DNA of 64,000 nucleotides from Camelus dromedarius (lineage: Eukaryota). The stretch lies in the NCBI RefSeq assembly GCF_036321535.1, contig NC_087469.1:15314001-15378000 (forward strand). Direction: 5' to 3'. Position 1 is the stretch's first letter. Every line of letters starts with the position of its first letter. This document shows positions 50,400 through 61,504 of the stretch, in pieces. The notes under the pieces are model-generated. The model was not told the DNA's origin, did no database searches, and saw nothing but the letters and a program-made list of their open reading frames with translations. Both the position numbers and the translations under genes were made by a program.

Positions 50400-50600
50400 T
50401 TTATCATTCTACAACATGATTTTTAATTCACTTAATTTCTTTACTATTAGACATTGAGAGGAATATTAGACATTGATTAATTCATTTATTTCCTTAGGTA
50501 AATTCTTAGACATGAATTTGCTGGGTCTGCAAGCATGATTCTCAGTGAACTTTAGACATATAACCCGGTCTCTCTGGAAGTGCTGTTTGTGAGCTTCCTG
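50400..50600 (-). mobile_element. Old L1M fragment (antisense)
   Basis: TTTCCTTAGGTAAATTCTTAGACATGAATTTGCTGGGTC resembles antisense L1M TTCCTAGAAGTGGAATTGCTGGGTC. Confidence 0.55.
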
Positions 50601-51419
50601 GGCGCTGTGGATTAGACACCTCTGTGGGGTGGTGGGTCTTCCGCCAGCAGAAGCGAGCAGGAAGCAGCAGCGGGACTCTTCACTGGAACTTCCGTAAAGG
50701 GAGCTCGGTGACCGGCAGGCAGTCGGACTCCCAGGCCCCTTCTAGCTCTCACGCTTCCTGATTCTGACTCTCCTGGAACGCTGCAATGGTGATGCACACG
50801 CGTCTTCATGTGGAGGGATGGAAGGGTGTTTTTATGTCTGTGGATCGAGTCCATAAAGGACTCAAGTCCGAACAGGCTGCTTCGCTTCCTCCCCGGATTC
50901 TCTCGCCCTTGCAGATCAAAGGCTGAGCATTTCCTCATTCAGCCTGCGACAAAAGGGAGAGGTTGCCTGCGCAGCGTGCTGCTGTTAGACAAACAGGGCT
51001 CCTCTCCTCACAAGGCATCCTCTTCTGCATAGTGAGTGGGAAGCCCGCAGCACTGAGGACACATTCCTAAAATAAAATCCAGTGGCCACCCAATGACTCA
51101 GTGTAGGAGCCTTCTTTCTCCAAGAGAGGAGGGCTGCTAAGAATGGCAGGAACCACCCACAGATGGTCTGGGTACCAGTTGCATCAACAGATGCACACAG
51201 AACACAGCCCTTTTCTATGAAGCATCCAGCCAAGCTCACATCGAGTTCTCCACTGTGTACATTAAAACCAAAATAAATAATCTGAGAAAGCCTGCACATG
51301 TCTATGTGTTTGGGGTCCAAGATAAACCAGGCAATAGGCCCAAGAGGAATTTAAGATATCTGGCTATTTTTTTCCTTCTTGCTTTTGGTTGGTTATTTAT
51401 GGAAACCTAAGCATTAGAT

Positions 51420-51725
51420 CACTTTCCAACTTTAAATACACGAGGATACCCAGCGCCCTAACACCAAGGCTAATCCCTTGGCTGGCGGTTAAGGTCCTTC
51501 AGAACCTGACCCTGTGCGCTTAACTAATTCCATGTCTCATAAACGCTCCAGCTTAAGCAGGCTGCTCTCCTCACTGTGGCCACCTTTCTCCCATCGCTCA
51601 TTCTTATTTCTACCATCAGGTCTCTACTCATGCTTGCTGTATTAAAAAGAAGCTTACATTCTTCTCCTCCATGTAGGAAGACACATCCTTCTCTGAGGTC
51701 CAGCTGGGAATGAAAGCCTTTGCCA
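51420..51725 (+). mobile_element. L2 fragment
   Basis: AAGGTCCTTCAGAACCTGACCC and CATCCTTCTCTGAGGTCCAGCT are L2-like landmarks. Confidence 0.5.
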
Positions 51726-52171
51726 GCTGGTGCTGACCTGGGCTGGGGTCTCTCTTCTCCCGTCTCCCGCTGCACAGCTGAGGGCTGGGGCGGGGAGCCA
51801 CCCATCTGCACATCCACCACAGGACTTTCAGGAGGCTAGGACTGGTTACACTTACACAGTAACTAAGCTCCTTGGTACAAAAATGATGAAGCAGACCTGG
51901 GCTGAAAGGCCTCTTGGGGAACAAAGACTGAACTTCCCAAACAAAGGGGACTTTCCAAGACCAGATCAGTTCAGAGAGAGGATTCCTGTGCCACGAGGGC
52001 AGGGAAGTTACACAGAGAAAGGAAGAAAGTTCTAAGCTAGGCGTCCTACTCAGAAAAACCAGTTTTTAGATAGCAGAGAAAAATGCTCCCAAGTTTAATA
52101 CAATGTGTCATCATTCAAATCAGCTTTGGCTGAGGCACATGGGGGTCAGGTGACCAGGGCTGGCATGATTG

Positions 52172-52621
52172 TGTGCTAGTTTCTTATTGGTGCTGTAGCA
52201 AATGCCTGCAAATTCAACAGCTGAAAAGAGCACCATTATACTGTCTTACAGTCCTGGAGGTCAGAAGTCGAAGATGGGTTGGCAGGGCTGGGTTCCTTCT
52301 GGAAGCCCTGGGGGGAGAATCTTTCCTTGACTTTTCCAGCTTCTAGAGGCTGCCTGCCTCCCTTGGCTCCTGGTCCTGCATTGCTCCAACCTCTGCTTCT
52401 GTTATCACATTTCCTTCTCTGGCTCTGTCCCTCCTGTCTCTCCATAGAATGGCTCTTGTGATGACATTAGACCCACCCACATAACCCAAGGTAATCTCCC
52501 CATGGTAAAATCCTTCACCAAATCACATCCGCAAAGTCACTTTGGACATGTAAACTAACACACGCAGCGGCTCCGGGGTTAGGAGGTGGACATCTTCGGG
52601 GGCCGCTGTCGGGCCACCGTA
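52172..52621 (-). mobile_element. MLT1 (ERVL-MaLR) solo LTR
   Basis: TGTGCTAGTTTCTTATTGGTGCTGTAGCAAAT start, ACAGTCCTGGAGGTCAGAAGTC, TCCAGCTTCTAGAGGCTGCC, GTAATCTCCCCAT and GGACATCTTCGGGGGCC end. Confidence 0.9.
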
Positions 52622-52819
52622 AGAGGCGAGGAAAGCACATGCGCTGACGAGGGCCCTGGGAGAGAGGAACCGCGTGTGCCTTTTGCTTTGAGACAAAATA
52701 GAAGCAACGGAAAAAGCCTAATAATCCCAGAGCCCTGAGGTTAAAAAGAGAGGCGAGCGCATCGGTAGAAACGCTTTGAGCATTTGATAATGGACTCTCA
52801 GATTTCTGAATTTTTCTCT

Positions 52820-52940
52820 AATTAGAACATGAGCTTCAGAAGGGCAGAAACCATGTCGTACCATTTCCAGTTTATTGCCCACAGCATCTGGCTCACTGCA
52901 GAGCACACAGTGAGTGCCCAGTAATGCCTTACTGACCAGC
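52820..52940 (+). mobile_element. L2 3' end
   Basis: GAACATGAGCTTCAGAAGGGCAGAAACCATGTC...GCACACAGTGAGTGCCCAGTAA. Confidence 0.6.
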
Positions 52941-53994
52941 GTGAGTGTTGGCATAAGGCGGAAGTTGTGGGGTGTCTGCTGCTGGTGGAGGGGTGTTTTC
53001 TACTTAGGAATGACTCAGGGAGTAGTAGACAGTCCTGAACAAGAAGGTTTTGTTGTCACAGGGCTGTGATTAGAGGCCAAGGTCTCCATGAGAAACACTT
53101 GCCCACCTCCTCATCGTGGAAGGGCTGACTGCATTTGAGGTGTGAAGACAGCTGTGCCCACCTCTACCCTGGCATATGAGACACTGGAGACAATGTAACC
53201 AGAAGGAAACCAAGCCTCTGAGTGATGGCAGGAGCCACAGACAGGCTGGTCCATCAATCCTGCAGAGGCAGAACTGGCTGGATGCCTCCTGGACATCCTT
53301 CCCACTCTCCTGAAGTCTGCAGCAGAGCACTCCCCTGGGGGAAAGAAGCCATTCACCAAAGGGGAAAACAAAGAACTGAAACTATGCTTTTACAAAAGGC
53401 CAATCATGGGCTGGAGGCTCACAAGAGCTCGAACAAATATGTATGCATCTTTCCTACATAGCTGTCCTGTAGAAAGTTCTAAAAAGACAGGAGATAGAGG
53501 AACAATGAGGATTCAAGAACAGAGTTTTGTTTATTTGTTTATGATTTGAACACACTGATAGTTCAGAGAGAAGAGCTGCAGAAAAGATCGGAGATGCAGA
53601 TGTGAGTTAAACACACACACACATTTGAGACAGAGGCAGCCCCACTAAGCCACTAAGACAGAAAGGCTGATTGCTGACAGAAAATAATCAAATTGGTCAC
53701 CAGTTTTTCACAGAGGAGTAATTCTTACACTTTTAAACCACAGGCTGGCAGGAAAGAGTTTTCATGATTTCTGCCTCTCAGAGGTCTCTCAAACAGCTTT
53801 TCTGATATACTGTTTTTATATAAATTCGGCAGTGACTTTTCCCTGGTGTTATTACTTGTTTGGGTTTTTCTCTGCCTGCCACAGGCGTATTTATGTTATC
53901 CTGATTTAGATCTTTTCTTTCCCCCTTTCTTTCTTTGCTGAAGCTGGGTTTCACAGCACAGTCTGCTGAATGGCATACAGACAAGATGCCCGGA

Positions 53995-54049
53995 CGTGTG
54001 CCTGTGTGTGCGTGTGCCTGTGTGTGCACGCGCGTGCGTGTGTGTGTGC
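53995..54049. repeat. Mixed (TG)/(CG) alternating purine-pyrimidine tract
   Basis: Directly visible; includes CACGCGCGTG. Confidence 0.9.
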
Positions 54050-54498
54050 TGAGTCTAAATTCTCACCAGGGGCTGTGAACATCTCTTGTAGCTCATGTAA
54101 CTCCTCTCAGTTTCCCAACGAGGGTGATGGAGATATTGACGTCAACACCATGGGTACTGGAGGATGAAGTCAGCCATCGCCTGCACCCAAGTGAGGATTA
54201 GGGAGGAATTCGGGAAGTTCACATCAGGTCTCTCCAAAAAAGTCTGCCTCAGATTTGACATTTTATTTTATGGCCACATTAGAGTTGAATTTAGACGTAT
54301 TTTGTACTATTACAGCTGATTGACTATTTATCACTTCAATGGAGAATGTATTGATTTGCTTAATATTCATTGCTCATAACATAAAAATCTGCAAATTACA
54401 AATTGTCTGGGGGCTCAGAATGGCTTCCTTCTGTCCTGCCTTTCCTGTGCTTGTCTGTCTCCCACCCCGACCCCCACATCCCCCTCCAGCCCTCTAGA

Positions 54499-55293
54499 CA
54501 GTAGGCTCCCCTGTTCCCAGGGTATGCGTTCCAAGACCCAAGACCCCCAAAGGATGCCTGCAACTGCGGGAAGCAGGAAACCCTATAGATACCATGGGTT
54601 TTCCCACACACACATACCTATGATAAAGTTTAATATATAAACTAGGCGGAATAAGAGATCACCAACAATGACAACTAATAAAATAGAACAAGGGTAACAC
54701 TATACTGCAATAAACGTTACGTGAATGTGGCTTCTCTCTCTCTCAAGATGTCTCCCTGTACAAATTCAATGCCTTTTCTATCTTAACTAAGCACTCATCA
54801 TACACAGTGGCCCTCACTTGTGCAGTTCAAGGTGTGACGGTAAAACTAGCCCCCGTTTCCTTTCCTTCTTCACAATTTCACGGATAGAAGATTCATTCCT
54901 ATCGGAGATCTTAGTAATCTCAGCATGCGAGGCTTTTTCTTTCCTTATAATGTTGAGAACTTTGAACTTTTCACTTAAGTACTTTATGGCTTTTCTTTGC
55001 CAGTGTCACTACTCTGGCACTCTGGGGACATTATTAGGTAAAATATGGTTACTTGAACACAGTCCGTCTGACAACCGAGACAGCTACCAAGCGGCTAACA
55101 GGCAGGATGCGCCGGACCAGAGGGATGGTTCCCGTCCCAGGCAGGACAGGGCACAGCAGCGGCAGATTTCATCACGCTACTCAGAGCAGCATGAGATTTA
55201 AAACGCATGCATTGTTTATTTCTGGAATTCTCCAGTTAGTAATTTCCAGACTGCCAATGACCATGGGTAGCTGACACTGAAGAAAGGGAAACT
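54499..55293 (-). mobile_element. Tigger7/MER44-type Tc1-mariner internal-deletion derivative with transposase HTH relic
   Basis: Terminal CAGTAGGCTCCCC and GGATAATGGGGGG, MER44-like ATACCTATGATAAAGTTTAAT...AATAAAATAGAACAA. The minus strand of 54841-54975 reads SEKFKVLNIIRKEKASHAEITKISDRNESSIREIVKKE, a CENP-B/pogo-type N-terminal HTH. Confidence 0.85.
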
Positions 55294-56339
55294 GGATAAT
55301 GGGGGGCCTGCGGCACAGGCCCCACAGAGCAGACGGCCCACAAGGCACACAGCCTTGCCTGCCACCGAGGAGGGGCGAGGGTCTTCATTCAAACCTCAAG
55401 CCCACTTGATTTATGAAACTACGTGTCAACCTAGGAAGGGCCTTTACAGGCCATCCAGGTGGCCCTCCTGGGTGGTTCATTTTAATAGTCATTCAGTGCC
55501 CGTCCCAGTGGCTTCCCCCTGTGGACAGCCGGGCTCACCTTAAACGGCTCTCTCAGAAACTCCCTTCCCAGAAAAGGCAGAAACGTGTCCCCTGGTGTGC
55601 TCACTGGTACAGAGTCAACAATGCTTACGTGATGGACGCCAAAAAGAAGACTGTCATCCACACGACTCAGCGTGAGTGATGTCAACATATTTCAGGTGTC
55701 TGAACTCAGCCGACGCGGAGAGGTGGCTGGGGGCAGGGGAGCTGACCACTCGCGACGCTGGCCTTGCTCTGATCACATGAGCACCCAGTGAACCATGTCT
55801 GTCCGTCTGTCCAAGGGGCGTGGCTGCAGGCACATGGCGCTTCACTGTGGTCCCCCCTGCTGCACTTGCTTTGAAGCATGAATTAGGGGACGGGGCCAGC
55901 GGGGTAACGAGGTCACAGAGGAGATGAGTGGAAAGCATGTTGCTTTCACCCCTGAAGAAAGCGTTGCTCGAGCAAAAGCAATTGCTTTGAAAGCAACTGA
56001 CACAAAGCTGGCTTAATCCTTGTTCTGGAGACACTTACAGCTGCCCGCAGTTTTTAATTAATACGCTGGGATCCCTAACAAAGGGGAGGAGGTCGGAGAG
56101 TATGAACAGATTTCCTTACCCAAGCCGAGGAAAGCTCTTTGGAGGAAACGTCTGGGCTGCTTGGGGGGGGCCTGGACCTGCCTGTGCCCTCTCTCCCCAG
56201 CATGTCAAGGCCCTAGGGTGGTCCTATGTGGCCCCCAGAGGGAAGGAAGGTGGTCCTGCCATCTGCGTAAGCCCGGGAAACCTCCCTGCCCACACCTCAC
56301 TGCAGTCTGTCCCAACCCATCCCTCCTCACCTAACACCT

Positions 56340-56680
56340 TCCTTCACTCATTCCACAAATATTTACTGAGCAGCTACTGCACAGAGCAGCCACAGTGCCG
56401 AAACGAGGAACTATGTTTATGTCAGAAGCTTGAGCCAGGTGCTGAGGCGTCCAAGCAGTATTGAAACAAGCATGATCTCATATTCAGAAAGCTTATGTCT
56501 CGTGACAGAGACACGGTCAGGCTTCATAGCCACTGTCCCTTGGGATTGTGTCTGTTCTGGATGGTCTGTGCCATTGACACACCAGTTCCTACATGGTTTG
56601 AACATTACCCTGAGAGAAAGAATGATCACACAAGTAAACGCGCCATGTGAAAAGTTCTATGAAGAGGGGACATACCACTC
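56340..56680 (-). mobile_element. L2 fragment (antisense)
   Basis: TTCACTCATTCCACAAATATTTACTGAGCAGCTACTGC. Confidence 0.65.
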
Positions 56681-56871
56681 TGGGTCCACACTGGCCCGAG
56701 GGACATGGGCCAAGCCGCCATGCTGTGCTCTGTCTGCCCTCTGTTGACGGTCCCCACTGAATGCTCACCTGCTCCCAAGCCCGGCATCCCACCGCCACCT
56801 GCTTCCCAGACTCTGGTCCCCCTCTCTGCTTCCGTGGCTCATCTGCCTTGCTCATTTGTCCGTTTGCTCGT

Positions 56872-56960
56872 CGGTTCATTCATTCATTCACTCATTCATT
56901 CACTCGCTCGGCCAAGGAGCAGTTGCTGGAGGCTGGGCACTGAACTGTGCACCGGGGACA
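56872..56960 (-). mobile_element. L2 3' tail (antisense)
   Basis: (TTCA)n tail followed by GGCTGGGCACTGAACTGTGCACCGGGGACAC. Confidence 0.6.
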
Positions 56961-57179
56961 CGGTGCCTCCCGGACGCTTCAGGGGACAGGGCGCAGCTCT
57001 CCTCCTCACCACCCCGTGGCAGGATCCTTCTCTTTTGGTTAGTGAATCCCATGTCAGAGTCATTCCATCTGACAAAGTCTCTCCTCGTCTGAAGCTCCCT
57101 GTCTCCTCATATCTTCATCAGCCCATTTCCACATGTCTAAGCATTTTAATGGCATATGGTTCCAGGGGGGAATCTCCAA

Positions 57180-57620
57180 ATGAGAGAAAATTAGCCACTG
57201 TGCTTATTGGGCTAAAGAAAACGACTGGAGGGGAAGTTTTCTTTAAAAATACCCACAAGAAGCAGCAGCCCAAGGAGATGTGACTGCAATAAAAATGATG
57301 ATTTTTTTTGTTAGGGGTGGTAATGGGGGTGGATGATCAACGCGCTTTCTTTCCCCTGGAATGCGTCACAGTCATTAATTTGTTTAATTTATTTTTTGCC
57401 TCTTCCCTAGCGAAGCAGTCCAATTCACTGTCGGCCCACCCATCAGAACAAATTACACTTTGGAAATATCCGAGTGCTTCAATTTTCCATTAAATATAAT
57501 AAGAAATCACAATGCACTGTTTTGGCCTGATGACTCCTCGCCAAGGATCTACAAATACTTTTTTTTTTTGTTTTTTTTACAACTGCTGCCAGGCAATTCT
57601 AGTTGTCATCCTCAGTGACA
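57180..57620. promoter_or_regulatory. Candidate conserved non-coding element
   Basis: Repeat-free block with TCATTAATTTGTTTAATTTA, CCATTAAAT and TGATGACTC motifs. Confidence 0.35.
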
Positions 57621-57959
57621 CAGAGGGAGGAAAACGGGCCCAGGAACACCAGACCCTGGAGGGATCTGTGCTCCTGTGGGTCCCTCTTGGTGGTGCGCCT
57701 AACCTGCTCTGTGTGTATATGATCTGATTCTGCAGTGCAATTACAAGTCTTCATAGCAGGGGCCTCCTCCTCTGTTTCTTTGGTGTCTCCCCTCTGTGCC
57801 TCAGTTCACCCACTGTGGCCGAGATAACGGCTGCTGCTGGCTGATGAATGCACAGAGCTAGGTCCCAGGAGGACGGAGCTGGCCACTGGCTCACAGAAGC
57901 TGGCCTTCTGCACTCCAGCCCTTGGGACCTATCTCAAGGCTCCGACGCTCATCTCTCTC

Positions 57960-58200
57960 CTTCCTTATTATAAGCCACCGCTCAGATCGTGGAAACTGCT
58001 CACCCCTGCAGATCAATCTATTCCAAGGAACGTTGCTAATTAATGATTGCGTTTCATTTTCAGGACGTTATCTTACTGGCACAGATTGGAAATTGAAATG
58101 TCCAGGGGTTACACGTATGGTATAGACGGCTCTTTCAAGTCAGAGATTAATTGTCAAGTGTTAATCTTTAATTTTTTTTACTGCAAAATCTTGTCAAATC
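57960..58200. promoter_or_regulatory. Candidate conserved non-coding element
   Basis: GCTAATTAATGATTG, GATTAATTGTCAAG (SOX/homeodomain- and MEIS-like) and CTTGTCAA motifs. Confidence 0.35.
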
Positions 58201-58529
58201 TTGTTGCCGGGGGGAAGGTGAGAGCTCAAACCTACCTTACCTGATGTTCAGTGTCCCCGAGAGCAGAGCCGCCGGCGGTGCCAGGGCTGCACTTTCTGGG
58301 TCTAGAAGAGAGCACAGGCTGCAAAGAAACGCTGGGCCTGGGAGTTGGGCGAGTTCTAGAATGGGAGAGGTTTCTAAGAAGCAGGAGGCAGGGTGGCCCT
58401 GTTGCAGGTTGCAGGCTGTCTGCTGAATCGCGGTCAACTTCCGCCTGGACAGGAGCGGGATGTGGGGCCAAGACTTGACCTCCTCCTACACAGGCAGCTG
58501 GGGGTCACCTGGAGGACCAGGTTGGGACC

Positions 58530-58640
58530 AACAGGTCTAGATGTCAGAAGACCTGGGTTTACTGCCAGCTTTTCCTAGTCACTAGTAAATCAGTCTCAAG
58601 GAACCTTTGTTTGGTCCTCTGTAAAATGGACAGCATGCCA
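58530..58640 (+). mobile_element. MIR fragment
   Basis: GTCAGAAGACCTGGGTTT...CCTCTGTAAAATGG. Confidence 0.6.
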
Positions 58641-59429
58641 TCAATCTCGAGGGCTGCCCTGTCACTCAGCCATAACATTGTTCAGTTGTTTGCTGCTCTG
58701 CAGTCTACAAAGCACAATGGAAAACAGCGTTCCTCTATTGTCTCTTAAGCCTCACAGCTTCTTATAATCTCAAGTGGATTGAAGTTTTAGGTTTATGGAC
58801 AATTTCATGTATGTGTGGAGCACACTGCCTGGCATTTAACAAATGTTAACTCACCCCTGCCAATAGTTGCAGTTTAGAATTTTTAAGAAAAAAACATTAA
58901 CAGGATATCTGGGAGTGTGAATATGAATGAATAATTGTGTGACCATGACCAGTCATCACTCACAGTGACAGAATGTTGGAACATGGGATGTCCCCAGAGG
59001 ACCCTGGATCTTAAGTGAAATCTACATGGGCTGGTGCCCCATGGAAATATCTTCCTTCTGACATCGTACAAGCATCTGTAAGAAGCTCCTGCATTTGAGT
59101 CCAACTCCCATCCTCTGGGTCAGGGGACCTCTCCCCGACTGCCCGCATTAAGTGATGGTGTATGACAGGGACCCACATCCAAGACCTTGAGACTGGCTGG
59201 TGCTTTCATCAGCCCCATCCCTACTCTTCCATTTTATCAATGGATATGCCTACCTCTCTCACTAAATCTGATGGCATGGAATCATCTTCATCTGTGAATT
59301 CTCCTAAAATACCTAGCACAGGGCTTTTCACACATAGCTCTTCTGCTCAATCATATTGAAGTGTGCAAACAAATACAAAATACTCATGCAAAACCTCCCT
59401 GGCAAAGTGTTAAAGGCGCTTTGGGGGAT

Positions 59430-60650
59430 TATTCCTACCAATGAGAGCACTTCTCTTATCTCTTTTACCTTCTCTTTCTCTGGTGCCCCTTCCGTCTCCT
59501 TTGTATGCCCCTGTAATGGTTAATTCTATGTGTCAGCTTCACTGGTACACAGGGTGCCCAGATATTTGGTGAAACAGTACTCTGGGTATGCCTGGGAGGG
59601 TGCTGCTGGAAGAGATTAGTATTTAAATCAGTAGACTGAGTAAAGCAGATTGCCCTCCTGCATGTGGGTGGGCCTCATCCAATCAGTTGAGGGCTTGACA
59701 AGAGCAAAAAGGGCTAAACTTCCCATGAGGAAGAGGGAATTCCTCTTGCCTCACTGCTTGAATGGATGATCAATTTTTTTTCTGCCTTTGGACTCAAACT
59801 GAAGCATTGGCTCTTCCTGGGTCAACCTGCCTGCTTTTGGACTGGGACTTACATCAGTGGTTCTCCTGGTCTACTAGCTTACGGACAGCAGATGGCGGGG
59901 CTTCCCAGCCTCCACACCACATAAGCCCATTTCTTTTAATGAATCTCTTTTTCTTTCTCTGTACAGCCTATTGGTTCTGTATTTTTTTTTCCCCCTGGAA
60001 AATCCTGACCACTACACCCTGGATTTTGGTTTTTACTGGGACTTTGTTTGAGCCTGTTTTCTCTTCATCCCACAAGCTATACTTGGATAACTTCAGCCAC
60101 TCCCCTTGTTCCAACCACCACCCTTATGTTGAAAAATCCCAAATCCTTCTCTTTGTTCCAGATTCCCCCACCTTCACACTTCAAGCTCTAGTATCTTACA
60201 TTCAGCTGTCAACTTGACCTCCCTGCCTGGATCCCCAAGTTCCCTCACATTCAGTGAGTCCAAAGGAGATGATGGCACTTTCTACATGAACCTTCCTCCC
60301 CTCCACTGGTCCCTATTCCAGAGGATGCTCTATCTTTCACTCTGTTAGCCAACCTTGGGGCCATGTGTCTGATGCTCTCTAAATCCAACCAGTGCTCAAG
60401 GACAGGAGACTTGATCCCACCCCACGCACATTAGCACTGTTTAAGGTCATTTATCATCATCACTTCTAATGTTTATTGCACATGTTTATAGAGACTTGTC
60501 TTTCTATGCTACGTTTTGTCCTTGTGGGCAGGAATCCTGATTGATGCATTTTTTTAAAATTCCACAGGTCTCAGCAAAATACTTGGCAAATATCAGAAAC
60601 TTAATAAATGGCTGTTGTCTGAATGAATGAGTGAATGAATGACTTCCCCT
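59430..60650 (+). mobile_element. L2 relic interrupted by the MLT2 LTR
   Basis: L2 RT-region sequence ends at 59511 and resumes at 60017, continuing to an L2 tail (AATAAATGGCTGTTGTCTGAATGAATGAGTGAATGAATGA). Confidence 0.65.
59512..60016 (+). mobile_element. MLT2 (ERVL) solo LTR
   Basis: TGTAATGGTTAATTCTATGTGTCAGCTT start, GTAGACTGAGTAAAGCAGATTGCCCTCC, GTGGGCCTCATCCAATCAGTTGAGGGC and CCTATTGGTTCTGT...GAAAATCCTGACCACTACA end. Confidence 0.92.
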
Positions 60651-61469
60651 GGAAGTCTGCTGGGAGTAGGGAACAAGGCAGAGCACCTGATAAGACCTTG
60701 GCATGACTCGGGAGACACAAAGGAGAAAAAGAAGTTAATTTGTTTGCCAGAAATTAATAAAAGGCAAATTCCCCATAAATGGATGTGAAGTGAGGAAAAC
60801 AAAAACAAGCAGTTATCTTAATAGCAGGGCAGCTAATGTCCCAGCTACTCTCCACGGTACGGGGCAAACTCTGCTATGGGAGATTTTGTTTGTCTGTTTG
60901 TTTTTGTTTTTGTTTGCCATTTTCAGAAATGGAGCCTAGGACACTGAGACAAATCCAATCTTTCTAAAGAGCCACTGGGGCATATTTAGAGTTCTCCCAA
61001 CACACACACTGCCTGGGATCTTCAGGCTTTGAGTCAAAGGACCAGCACCGAGCAAAACTCCTGGAGCTCAATTAATCAAACTCATCCAGATTGATCTGAT
61101 TTGAATTGTGGTTCCAGGCAGCTGCTAACAGTTCGGAGACCAGACTGCTGAGCTGGCTCCTGGATGGAGACGAGGCAGCCCGGGATACCCAGAAAAACGC
61201 AGATGGGAAGCAGACAGTTAAGCTAAAAATTCAGACAACACAGACCCTCCCTGTGAATAAGTCCAAAGGTCCCTTCCTTTTCACCTTCTCATGAGTGTCT
61301 TTTCCTCAACTATTTGGAAAAATCTAGGTAAATACAAAATAGGCTTTATACCCTGAATTACTGATACGACTGACAAATAAGGGAGAGGAGAGGAAGAGCT
61401 GCAGGAGAGATCTGGCCTTCCAACACTCAGGTCTCTGAAATGAATGAACTGCTAGTTTTCTTCCTTCAC

Positions 61470-61472
<3 letters not shown>

Positions 61473-61502
<30 letters not shown>
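61473..61502. repeat. (AC)15 microsatellite
   Basis: Directly visible. Confidence 0.97.
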
Positions 61503-61504
<2 letters not shown>

